Shown here piece after piece: positions 1-9,170 of a stretch of 64,000 nucleotides of DNA (position 1 is the first letter of the stretch; every line of letters starts with the position of its first letter). Below the pieces are notes generated by a model. The model made no database searches. It was not told the origin of the DNA and worked only from the letters and a program-made list of their open reading frames with translations. A program made the position numbers and the translations under genes. Source of the DNA: an uncultured Acidobacteriota bacterium (GTDB taxonomy: Bacteria > Acidobacteriota > UBA6911); the NCBI GenBank assembly GCA_963809485.1, contig CAWEJX010000001.1, forward strand, positions 1 through 64,000. Direction: 5' to 3'.

Positions 1-25
1 GTCCGCTTTGGGGGTAAAGCGGACA
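1..25. repeat. REP-like palindrome (partial cluster at window edge)
   Basis: GTCCGCTTT-GGGGGT-AAAGCGGAC hairpin, same family as clusters at 2431, 2973, 4584, 6438, 8255. Confidence 0.85.
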
Positions 26-223
26 AAGCGCCTTGTCGCCGAACCGCTGATGCAGGGGCTACCCCGCATGGCACACTTGATCCTCGCAGTGGCTCTCGAG
101 AGAGCGCGCTACTGCGGCCTTGACTATCTCACCAATGGCCGCCCGCAGCTCGCAAACTGGATGCGCTCCATGTCTGACCGTCCTTCAATGCTGAGGACGG
201 CCCCCGTAAAGGTGCAACGGTAA
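26..223 (+). pseudogene. possible C-terminal fragment of a glutathione S-transferase-like protein
   Basis: HLILAVALE...GRPQLANWMRSMSDRPSM..T resembles GST C-terminal helices; no 5' part, begins right after a REP unit. Confidence 0.35.
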
Positions 224-483
224 AACAGTTACACCGTCTCACGGTCGTGTAGTGCTATCTGTTGAACAGCCAAAACAGCACGCTGAATACCACGCTGCAC
301 TGCAATATCGAAGATAGAGCATCCTTGCCCGAGCGGCAATTTCATCTCGTTGCTTGGCACGCACGCGCCAATCCAGGCATACTACTAAGTGCGAAGCTTG
401 GCTCAGACGCTTCGTTCGATTGCACCGCCATCCTTACGACCCGGTGGCCCGTGATCAATTATTCGATTCTGCCAAAGAAAGTC

Positions 484-2331
484 ATGGATCCCATTCAGCT
501 CTCGTTGAGCCTGGCGGGGATCGCGGTGCGCAGTCAACGATTAATGGTCGATTTTCTGACACGTCGTCCCGACTTGGGCGGACTGGGCGATCCGGCCGGA
601 ATAGGACGGGCCTTCCTTGATCTAACCGCCAAGATGATTGCTGATCCGATGTCGATTGCGCAGATGCAGCTAGAGCTGTGGAAGGAACATGTGAAACTCT
701 TGCAGCGCACGACAGAACGGCTGTTTGGTCTTACCAGCAAATCTGACCACCGCCCCGTCGCGACCGATCGGCGCTTTCAACACCCGGCTTGGACCGAAAA
801 CGTCCTCTTCGACTATATCAAGCAAAGCTATTTGTTTTCCGCGGAGGCAATTCTGTCGGCGGTTAATCGCGTCGATGGTCTCAATCCGAAAACGGCACAC
901 AAAGTGAACTTCTATACAAGTCAGTTCGTGGATGCCATGGCTCCTTCAAATTTTCTTGCTACCAACCCGGAGGTATTGCAAACCACCATCGAGACCGGGC
1001 GGTGAGAATCTTCTCAGAGGCCTGACAAATCTGCTGGATGACCTCGAACGCGGTCGCGGACAACTTGCGGTCACTATGACCGATCCGAAGGTCTTTCGTC
1101 TCGGTGAGAACGTAGCCACCACACCAGGGAAGGTCATCTTCCAGAATGAGCTGATGCAGCTGATCCAGTACGCTCCCTCGACCGTTGAGGTTAAACGGCG
1201 ACCTCTCATCATCGTGCCGCCCTGGATCAACAAGTTCTATGTGCTCGACCTAAGGCCTGAGACGTCTTTTATCAAGTGGGCTGTGGATCAGGGACATACG
1301 GTATTCGTGATTTCCTGGGTCAATCCAGACGAGCGTCTCGCTCATAAAGGCTTCGAGGATTACATGCTCGAAGGCCCGCTTGCCGCACTGGACGTTATCG
1401 GGGTTGCGACCGGCGAGCGCGAGGTGAACGCCATCGGCTATTGCCTTGGAGGCACGCTCCTCGCTGCCACGCTTGGATATCTATCGGCCCAGAACGACGA
1501 TCGGATCCAGACAGCGACATACCTCGTGACTCTCGTCGATTTCACGGATGTCGGCGACATGGCGGTATTTATTGATGAGGAACAGCTGGCAGTCACTCGA
1601 GAAGCGCATGCGAAGTCGCGGATATCTCGAGGCGCACGATATGGCCTTAGCCTTCAATATGCTGCGCGCCAATGATTTAATATGGAGTTTTGTTATAAGC
1701 AACTATCTCCTCGGAAAGCAGCCGATCCCGTTCGATTTCCTCTATTGGAACGCGTGATTCCACGCGCATGCCGGCTGCGATGCACAGCTTCTATTTGCGT
1801 AACATGTATCACGAGAACCGGCTTGCCATTCCGGGAGGGATCAGTCTTGCCGGGGTTGCGATCGACCTCGCGCGAATCAAGACGCCCACCTTCTTATTGT
1901 CGACGCGGGAGGACCATATCGCACCGTGGCAGTCGACCTATGCCGCAACCCAGCTATACAAGGGGCCAATTAAGTTTGTGCTCGCCGATTCCGGCCACAT
2001 CGCTGGGGTCATTAGCCCACCTGGCAGTAAGTATGGCCACTGGCAAAACCCAAACCTCCCCAAGAGCCCGGCTGAATGGTTCGAAACCGCGAATCTGGTT
2101 CAGACCTCCTGGTGGCCGACGTGGGAAGAATGGGTATCGTGGCATGCCGGCGGTTCGGTCAAAGCACGCGAGCCCGGTGGACCATTGCAGCCGATCGAGG
2201 ACGCACCAGGCTCCTATGTTCGTGCCCGTGTCCATACCGCTGCAGGCAATCAAGGAAATACCCATAGCGCCGCACCAGCGCCTAACGCCGACCTGCGCAC
2301 AGCACCACCGAAGTTTAAGGCAGGGCAATGA
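484..2331 (+). pseudogene. phaC: class I poly(3-hydroxyalkanoate) synthase, broken by three +1 frameshifts
   Basis: DRRF..W, PSNFLATNP, TPGKVIFQNELMQLIQY, PPWINKFY, lipase box GYCLGG, DHIAPW, SGHIAG spread over four ORFs; frameshifts at ~997-999, ~1588-1592, ~1754-1755. Confidence 0.9.
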
Positions 2332-2430
2332 TGTGCAGAAGATCGACGCTGCGGCCGCAAAGGATTCCGCCATCGCGAAATTCAGAATCTACGCGGTCGA
2401 AGGCCTGACCCAATAGAGGTCAGACAGCTG

Positions 2431-2549
2431 ATGTCCGCTATTGGCACAAAGCGGACGTGGGCTAGTGCACTGCAAACGTCCGCTTTCGGGGGTCAAGCGG
2501 ACATACGGTTTTGCACTGCAAATGTCTGCTTTTGACCCAAAGCGGACAT
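2431..2549. repeat. REP-like cluster, 3 palindromic units
   Basis: units at 2431-2458, 2476-2504, 2522-2549 (ATGTCCGCT..AGCGGACAT) joined by 17-bp linkers ending GCACTGCAA. Confidence 0.9.
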
Positions 2550-2618
2550 ATAAAAGCTGAGACTTAGGAAATTGGCCAGGGTTCGCGCCGCTTACCTCAG
2601 CAATATCGTCTGTGGTCA

Positions 2619-2801
2619 TCAAACGCCTTTGAACAACACTCCGAGCAGCAGCGCCACGTAAGCGATCATCGCGAGCCAGAACTGGTATTCGGTGAGAAAC
2701 TGGATGCGTAAGAAGTGTCCAATAAGCGCGACGACTGCGAGGATCACAGAGATGATCACGATCCGTGTGGTGGGACGGTTGATGTTGATCTGATTAGCCA
2801 T
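2619..2801 (-). CDS. small two-TM membrane protein
   Basis: 60 aa, two hydrophobic helices, strong RBS (AGGAGG) before ATG. Confidence 0.7.
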   Translation of the reverse strand: MANQININRPTTRIVIISVILAVVALIGHFLRIQFLTEYQFWLAMIAYVALLLGVLFKGV

Positions 2802-2972
2802 GGTACTTCCTCCTTGTTCCCCTTGTTGTGGTTGACCTCTCCCTTACAGGCAGGTGCAAATTGGGGAGTAGGTCACGAAGTTTGCCTTAATGGTCGCCTT
2901 CAGATTAACGCAGGATATCGCATTCATGACAAAGGCGCCGACTTAAACAGTTGTGGGGAACCCTCACGGCGA

Positions 2973-3046
2973 ATGTCCGCTATTGGCCCAAAGCGGACAT
3001 CAACGATCCATGGACGAATGTCCGCTATTGGGGGTAAAGCGGACAT
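2973..3046. repeat. REP-like cluster, 2 units
   Basis: units 2973-3000 and 3018-3046. Confidence 0.9.
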
Positions 3047-3216
3047 CACGTGGCCCTACAGCACCACCGCCAAATCTGGGAAGCGAGCGCATAGGTCGGC
3101 ATCGCCAAGATCGCGGCGGCGAGAAATCATTTAGACCAGCACCGGTTGGCGCCGCGCAATTGGTGCAAAGGGGCCGACCAACATCCGTGATGCGGTGCAA
3201 GGTCTCGCCAGGCATT

Positions 3217-3387
3217 TCACAAAAGATGTAGCACCATCGAGAGAAACACCACCAAGATGATCGCCACAATCAAAAGCGTCACTTGTCCTTTGGCGCTTAG
3301 CTTGGTCAGCCACGAAGCAGACAGCGGTTCGGGCTTGGGCGGCTCAGGCTTGGGCGGTTCGGGCTTCGGCGGCGGCTGGTTTTTCAT
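3217..3387 (-). CDS. small membrane protein with PPKPE repeats (not in ORF track)
   Basis: 56 aa MKNQPPPKPEPPKPEPPKPEPLSASWLTKLSAKGQVTLLIVAIILVVFLSMVLHLL; 15-bp repeats with synonymous variation and a C-terminal TM helix. Confidence 0.55.
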   Translation of the reverse strand: MKNQPPPKPEPPKPEPPKPEPLSASWLTKLSAKGQVTLLIVAIILVVFLSMVLHLL

Positions 3388-3540
3388 GCTCGGTTACGAT
3401 TGTCAGGGACACCGTCCGGTCAATTACGGATGTTTACGTAAATGCAAAAAAACGACAAGCTGTACGGAGCCAGCAACGCTCCAGCGCTTTCAAGACAGTC
3501 TGATTTCCGGCGTCTTAATATTCATCTTAGCGGAGATGGT

Positions 3541-3669
3541 TTACTTACCAAGACGCACAGCGGAAGTCGCGAATGCTTGGGCAGCCGGCTCCTGAATGCT
3601 GTTGAGTACAACGACGCCAATGATAGCGAGAATGACCGCAGCAACGCAGGCCAATAAGAATGCCTTCAT
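3541..3669 (-). CDS. small exported/membrane peptide (not in ORF track)
   Basis: 42 aa MKAFLLACVAAVILAIIGVVVLNSIQEPAAQAFATSAVRLGK, purine-rich RBS (AAGGGGG); resembles a small rhizobial protein type. Confidence 0.6.
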   Translation of the reverse strand: MKAFLLACVAAVILAIIGVVVLNSIQEPAAQAFATSAVRLGK

Positions 3670-3929
3670 GATGACGACCCCCTTTTTTCGGCAGTTACAT
3701 TCGTCCTTTATTCGTTTTTATTCCGATGACTGACCGGCGCCAGGTTAGCGTATGGACAATCTCAGAGCGGCATCCAGAGAGCCATACTGCTCGCTGCGCA
3801 TACGATTGACGTGTGCAGTTAAGTGACAGATTTTTTTCCCACTGAGATTACAATTCACAAGCATTTCGAGAAGCGCCATCAGCTGATGGCGCTTCAGGTA
3901 GTCACGCAACGGTCTTAGACCAGCCCAGA

Positions 3930-4349
3930 TCAAGCCATCGTGCTAACAGGCGCTCGCTCAGTCGGCGCCGCTTCGCTTGACGCCCGCTCCGGCGCCGGTA
4001 GCTGCAGCACGGTGGCCTGCTGACCCTCGCGCAGCTCCGTGACCAGGACAATTTCCCCATCGGGGAACTCCAGCGCGTCGTGATGCATGGTCGGCTGGTC
4101 TAGATTGATCTGCCGAAAGCGCGCGACCTTCTGCTTGAGGCTGCGACGGCGAAAGATACGGAATGCTCCATCGCATTCCACGTCTTGCACAAACGCAACT
4201 TCGGTTCCAGGCAGCAGGCAAACGGCCACGGTGGGCTCGCCGATTGCGGCAAAGCCGCGCGTTAGCGAGTTCCTGAATCGGGTCGAGACTAGCTTGTCGC
4301 CCACGCGTGCTGGACGCGATGCGACAAACTGGAGGCTATAGTCGCACAT
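3930..4349 (-). CDS. conserved hypothetical protein (MCDYSL family, Rhizobiales)
   Basis: MCDYSL..SRPA.VGDKLV..RGFA..AVCLLPGTE..HHDALEFPDG..GQ.ATVLQLP; GGGAGA RBS. Confidence 0.8.
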   Translation of the reverse strand: MCDYSLQFVASRPARVGDKLVSTRFRNSLTRGFAAIGEPTVAVCLLPGTEVAFVQDVECDGAFRIFRRRSLKQKVARFRQINLDQPTMHHDALEFPDGEIVLVTELREGQQATVLQLPAPERASSEAAPTERAPVSTMA

Positions 4350-4642
4350 GATCAATATCTCCCTGTTGCTGCGAACAGCCGGGAAGTATCCTTCGATCCA
4401 AGTGCGTGAGAGATCGGGCTTGGGTCCGGGATTTCCCGGATGTGTCGCGATCCTGGTCGGATGCTAGCGGCATTGATGACTGCTGGGAAGCAGGCAATTT
4501 CTGTCCGGCGACCGTCGCGGAATAGCTGCTCGCCAGCGCAGACGAGGTGATCGAAATAAAACGCTATTTGCTGCGCTGCATGAGTTCTCGCTATTGGCAC
4601 AAAGCGGACATCCCTCGTTGCACCGCACATGTCCGCTTTTGA

Positions 4643-4987
4643 TGCTGTGGACGGCGCCCCCTCTGCGGCATCAAGAGTGCTATAGGGTGGTTGCGTGAAG
4701 TGAGAGCGACAAGGAGGTGAGGCCAGGCAACGACGACGGCGTTTGAAGTTTTGAAGAAATTGGCGAGGACATGACGACGTAATGCAGACACGGTCGTTCC
4801 GGGGATCGGGAGAACCCGTTTGGGTCAGCGCACTTTAAAGTGCGTGTTTTTGATTGGGACCCGATCCGCGCAGAGCATTAGGGCCAGCGGCCTAACCCGC
4901 CGCACAAACAGGCCGGCACACATGACCGCACCCGACCAATGCTGCGCAACGTCAGAAAGTTCTTGCCAAGGCGCCGTCCACACATGA
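4643..4987 (+). mobile_element. non-autonomous IS1111-type (IS110 family) mini-element, 345 bp, no transposase
   Basis: perfect 13-bp sub-terminal IRs TGTGGACGGCGCC (4646-4658) / GGCGCCGTCCACA (4970-4982); TGA core at both junctions (4640-4642, 4985-4987); orphan SD AAGGAGGTG (4711-4719) with no ORF behind it. Confidence 0.85.
4772..4954 (+). ncRNA. putative bridge RNA / seekRNA with target- and donor-binding loops
   Basis: closing stem 4772-4796/4933-4954; target guides TTTGGGTCA (4819-4827) and GTTTTTGA (4846-4853); donor guides AGCATTA (4874-4880) and CACACATGA (4917-4925). Confidence 0.75.
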
Positions 4988-5102
4988 CCCAAAGCGGACA
5001 TGCAAGAATGGCCTGAGGTCCAATTGCATAGCAGACGACCGAACTACCTATTTTTGACGATATCGAATCGCCGCTGATATAGGCGGAAAGCGCAGAGACC
5101 GC

Positions 5103-6064
5103 TCAGGGATCGAGCGAGGCGAGATAGGCGACGATCGCCAGCATGTCCTCCTGTTCGAGGTTTGACACCACCTGGGCCATCAGCGGGCTCCACTCGCCGG
5201 TGCGCGAGCCATGACGGAAGTCATAGAGCTGGCGAAACATGTAGCTCGGCGAGCGGCCGGCGATTCTCGGCAGCGGCCCGAGCCCCTTGAGGTCTGGTCC
5301 GTGGCACGGGCCGCATGCGAGCGTCTTTCCTGCCCCTTTCGTCACCAGCACCTCGCCTTTCGTCAGGCTGCCGACCGGAACGTAGGCGGTGAAGGTCGAG
5401 CGCGGATCGCGGCTCTCGAACCGGATGAGATCATCGGGGATTTCGAGGATACGCTGGCCTAGCGGCTCGCGTTCACCACCCTCGGCGGCTGCCCAGAGCA
5501 GACCGGCGACGTAGGCTTTAGGCGCCGTGTCGCTCTCGACCACCTTGATGCGCTTGCGCGGCTGCAAGGCGGAGAAATAAGTCGCCGCAGCTTCCACCTC
5601 GGGATCGGTGATCGGCTTTGACAGCGCGATCATCAGGGTGGGTGGCGAGCGACCGGAGACAGCGGTTCCGCGCGCGCCACTCTTATAATCCGCCATCTGT
5701 TGAATGATGTAGCTCTTCGGCAGGCCGGCGAGGTCCGAGTTTTCGGGACCGCCGGGCCCGTCGGCACGATGACAGTAGCCGCACGCGAAGACGTCGGGCT
5801 TGCGGCCACTGGCAACGATATCGGGCAACGGCCGTGGTCGCCCGGATGCCAGATCGGCGCGATGAACCTATCCCGCAGCTGGCTCCAGGTATAACCGGCG
5901 GTGCTGTCCGGCACGCGCACGGGCCTGCCATCGTCGACCGGGGGCTTATGGTTCGGGTTATTCGCCGGATAAGCCCACTGCGGCGGGGCGTCCGCCGCCA
6001 TGGTGGCCGCGGTCGGCAATGCCACAGAAATGATGGACGCAAAGAAAGCTGTAGCGATTTTCAT
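5103..6064 (-). pseudogene. periplasmic diheme c-type cytochrome (c4-like), one frameshift
   Basis: signal peptide plus PQWAYP in ORF 5633-6064; CGYCH and CGPCH heme motifs in ORF 5103-5828; a single missing base at ~5830 would join them (HG-PLPDIV). Confidence 0.8.
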
Positions 6065-6437
6065 GGAAGCCCCCGGTGCAGGCGCGCTTCCGCCCGGCGA
6101 GAGCGTAGCATTGCGCTGTTCGTGCGGTCGATAGAGAGCGGAGCCCCAAACAGTCCAAGTGAGCTACGAAGCACGGTTCGTTACTCCACTTAAGTTAGTC
6201 AAGTTTTCCGGCAACATCGCGCTCGCCCATGCCCAGAAAGCCGCCAACGCCGATTTGCGCCACCCTAGGTCGGATTGCGGCCGCACACGGTCTCTTTGAA
6301 GGTGAACGCTAGTGTCATTCGGATTACGGCCACGCTCAGACCAGCGTGACCGCCACCGCCTGCGGCGAAGACCCCTTCCGCATTGTGCGGCGAACAACGG
6401 CTGAACCAATGGCTGACGAACCGCGCCCATAGTCGCG

Positions 6438-6556
6438 ATGTCTGCTATTGGCCCTTAGCGGACATCGGGCTGAGCGCGCCGAATGTCCGCTTTCGGGGGT
6501 AAAGCGGACATGCCTTTTTGCGCTGCAAATGTCTGCTTTTGACCCAAAGCGGACAT
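6438..6556. repeat. REP-like cluster, 3 units
   Basis: units 6438-6465, 6483-6511, 6529-6556. Confidence 0.9.
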
Positions 6557-6797
6557 GCCAGCCGAGCTAACAAATGCGCCTTTTGGCTGAACAGCAGGGC
6601 GCTTTGTCGATCCTACCTGCCTCAAGGGAAGTTGCTTAAGCAACCGGCTTGGTGACTCCGCACGCCACGGACGAATTTCCGCTCTTGACTGTGCGCTGGC
6701 TCACACAGCCCTGAGAGACGACCGACTATGCTTTTCTGGACAAGCAGCCTTCTCGGCGGTGCGGCTAAGTGCGGGTAACTCAGGATCGGCAAAAAAA

Positions 6798-8231
6798 ATG
6801 GTGCATCTCGGCAAGCACGCAATCGTCATCGGCGCAAGCATGGGCGGGCTCTTGGCCGGTCGGGCGTTGGCTGATTATTACGATGAAGTGACTCTTGTTG
6901 ATCGCGATGCACTGCCTCTCGCGCGCGAGCCTCGCAAAGGCGTTCCTCAGGGAAGACATACGCATGGCCTTCTTGCTCGGGGGCGAGAAGTGCTTGAAGA
7001 GCTGTTCCCGGGCTTTACCGCGGAAATGGTAGCTGAAGGTGCGGTGTCGGGCGATGTCGCTAACGACGTCCTTTGGTTCAACCACGGTTTTTATTTGTCC
7101 AACGTGCATAGCGAGCTTTCTGGGCTAGCCATCAGCCGCCCAATGCTGGAGTGCGGCGTGCGCCGCAGGCTGCTGCAATTGCCCAACGTTCGGATACGTC
7201 AGTGCTGTAAGGTATTGGGGCCCATCTGCGACCGTGATCGCAACCGTGTAACCGGTGTTCAGGTTACAGCGCGAAATGGTTCGGACGAAGTCGAAACGAT
7301 CAGCTCTGACCTGGTTGTCGATGCCAGCGGCCGTGGTTCGCGTAGTCCTTCATGGTTGGAGGCTCTGGGATATGCCAAGCCGCGTGAGGAGCAGATTAAG
7401 GTCAATATCGGCTACAAAACTCGACTTTACCGTCGTCGGCCGGAAGACCTGCATGGCAAAATAGGAGCGGTTATTGCGGCGTGTCGGCCTCATTGGCGTT
7501 CTGGCGTCATTTTGGCGCAAGAGGGTGAACGGTGGACTGTCAGCCTTGCAGGCTACTTCGACGATGAAGTTCCAGCAGATGAAATCGGGTTTATTGAATT
7601 CGCGCGAAGTTTGCCTAAGCCGGAGATATTCGACGTTATCAAAGATGCAGAACCACTGGGTCCAATCCTGCCCTATCAGTTCAGCACAAACCAGCGCCGC
7701 TATTATGAAGAGCTGTCCTGCTTTCCCGAGGGCTTTGTAGTCTGCGGTGACGCTCTGTGCAGCTTCAATCCTGTCTATGGTCAGGGGATGACCGTGGCTT
7801 GCATGGAAGCCCTGAAGTTGGGTGAGTGCCTAACTAAAGGTTCTGATGGCATTGGACGCCGTTTCTTCTGCACGGCCGGTCGACTGATCGACAATCCCTG
7901 GCAAATCGCGGTGGGCAGCGATCTGCAACACGAGCGTGTTGAAGGCAAGCGCACGGCTCAGGTGCGCTTTGTCAATTGGTATATCGCGAGATTTTTTCAG
8001 TCCGCGAACCGCGATCCCGTTCTTGCAACAAAATTCCTGGAGGTGGCCAACCTAAGGAAGGCACCTTCGACAATGCTCAGCCCAGCAGTCGCACTTCGAG
8101 TGCTTTATGGTGCGCTGGTGGCTGTGTCATCCCAACTCCATCCCACCGCCCAGAAGGGTGGCAGCGCGGCTATGCCAGCAGAAATGCAGATGGAGATGCC
8201 CGAGAGCCGCAGTGCACCTGCCATGAAGTAA
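6798..8231 (+). CDS. FAD-dependent monooxygenase/oxidoreductase
   Basis: HAIVIGASMGGL Rossmann motif, RKGVPQGRH.H, DLVVDASGRGS, GDALCSFNPVYGQGM. Confidence 0.88.
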   Translation: MVHLGKHAIVIGASMGGLLAGRALADYYDEVTLVDRDALPLAREPRKGVPQGRHTHGLLARGREVLEELFPGFTAEMVAEGAVSGDVANDVLWFNHGFYLSNVHSELSGLAISRPMLECGVRRRLLQLPNVRIRQCCKVLGPICDRDRNRVTGVQVTARNGSDEVETISSDLVVDASGRGSRSPSWLEALGYAKPREEQIKVNIGYKTRLYRRRPEDLHGKIGAVIAACRPHWRSGVILAQEGERWTVSLAGYFDDEVPADEIGFIEFARSLPKPEIFDVIKDAEPLGPILPYQFSTNQRRYYEELSCFPEGFVVCGDALCSFNPVYGQGMTVACMEALKLGECLTKGSDGIGRRFFCTAGRLIDNPWQIAVGSDLQHERVEGKRTAQVRFVNWYIARFFQSANRDPVLATKFLEVANLRKAPSTMLSPAVALRVLYGALVAVSSQLHPTAQKGGSAAMPAEMQMEMPESRSAPAMK

Positions 8232-8254
8232 CCCATCCCACCTTATACGCCCCA

Positions 8255-8375
8255 ATGTCCGCTATTGGCACAAAGCGGACATGCCTAGTTGCACTGCACA
8301 TGTCCGCTTTTGGGAGTAAGAGCGGACATGCCGAGTTGCACTGCACATGTCCGCCTTTGGGGGTAAAGCGGACAT
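8255..8375. repeat. REP-like cluster, 3 units, between convergent genes
   Basis: units 8255-8282, 8300-8329, 8347-8375; linkers GCC(T/G)AGTTGCACTGCAC. Confidence 0.9.
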
Positions 8376-8423
8376 GATGACGCGAAGGTAAAAAGCTGAA
8401 AGTTTGAGGCCGCTGTTCCGAAA

Positions 8424-9170
8424 TTACAACGAACTCATTTCTACCATCCCATCCAAATGCGGCTTCGTATTGCTCCGCGCCTTGATGAATTCTCCGAGTT
8501 TCTGCTCGCTGAATTGGAATTGGATTGGCGTGAGCTTCCCACGAAACAATTCGTAGCGCAGCCAAACTCGATAAGTGTTGACGATATCCGTTTCGCAATA
8601 GTCCGCGACTTCCTTAATCCTGCCTTCCAGGCAATATCGCGCGACTTCGCCACCATGAATGCCCTCGGGCTTCCCTGACATCCCCATGACTTTACAAATC
8701 TCATGCAGCGTGGCTTTCGCTTGCGACGCAAACGAGGAGAGAACGTCGCACAGGTCGATTGCGTCGTCGGTGTACCGATTGAAGTAGGGGCGGGCAGATA
8801 AACCAGGTGCGGCGATGCTGTAAGTCATTGCGCGGTATCGCAAGACGGGCAGATCGAAGCTGTTACCGTTAAACGTTACAAGTTGCGGGTTCAGCTCTGC
8901 GATTTTATCGACGAACGACTGAATGAGCTCTTTTTCGCTTCTCTCGCCAATGTGCGGTGCGCCAAGTGCGTCAACTGCCCAATGATCGTTTTCGCGGTGA
9001 GCGACAAGTGCGCCGATGCAAACAATGGAGTGGTAGATGTGTTTCGGGAATTTGTCGCCCATTACTTCGCGGATTTCAGCGTCAGTCTTGCCGGTCAGAT
9101 AATTCGCGGCTGCGAACCCCTGAAGGTCAGGGATCGTCTCGATGTCCCAAATTATGACGTTGCCGTTCAT
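8424..9170 (-). CDS. PolB-like 3'-5' exonuclease (DEDDy)
   Basis: WDIET (ExoI), LVTFNGNSFDLPVL (ExoII), YCETD (ExoIII). Confidence 0.88.
   Translation of the reverse strand: MNGNVIIWDIETIPDLQGFAAANYLTGKTDAEIREVMGDKFPKHIYHSIVCIGALVAHRENDHWAVDALGAPHIGERSEKELIQSFVDKIAELNPQLVTFNGNSFDLPVLRYRAMTYSIAAPGLSARPYFNRYTDDAIDLCDVLSSFASQAKATLHEICKVMGMSGKPEGIHGGEVARYCLEGRIKEVADYCETDIVNTYRVWLRYELFRGKLTPIQFQFSEQKLGEFIKARSNTKPHLDGMVEMSSL

Larger units (their letters stand above)
4584..5001. repeat. REP-like cluster whose second unit is interrupted by an insertion
   Basis: degenerate unit 4584-4611, linker, then ATGTCCGCTTTTGA (4629-4642) ... CCCAAAGCGGACAT (4988-5001); the two halves rejoin into the unit type seen intact at 2522 and 6529. 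Confidence 0.9.

Noticed and set aside
1755-1757. TGA inside phaC as selenocysteine
   Set aside because: The downstream coding sequence is in another frame; the TGA results from a one-base insertion.
6455-6643. ORFs reading MSALGQKQT / MSALPPKAD (also 2389-2622, 2715-3134, 4591-4791, 7976-8377)
   Set aside because: They are chance translations of the REP palindromes, which contain ATG on both strands.
2431-8375. REP clusters as CRISPR or other guide arrays
   Set aside because: Only 2-3 units per cluster, linkers are 17 bp and partly conserved, repeat loops vary, and no cas gene is nearby.
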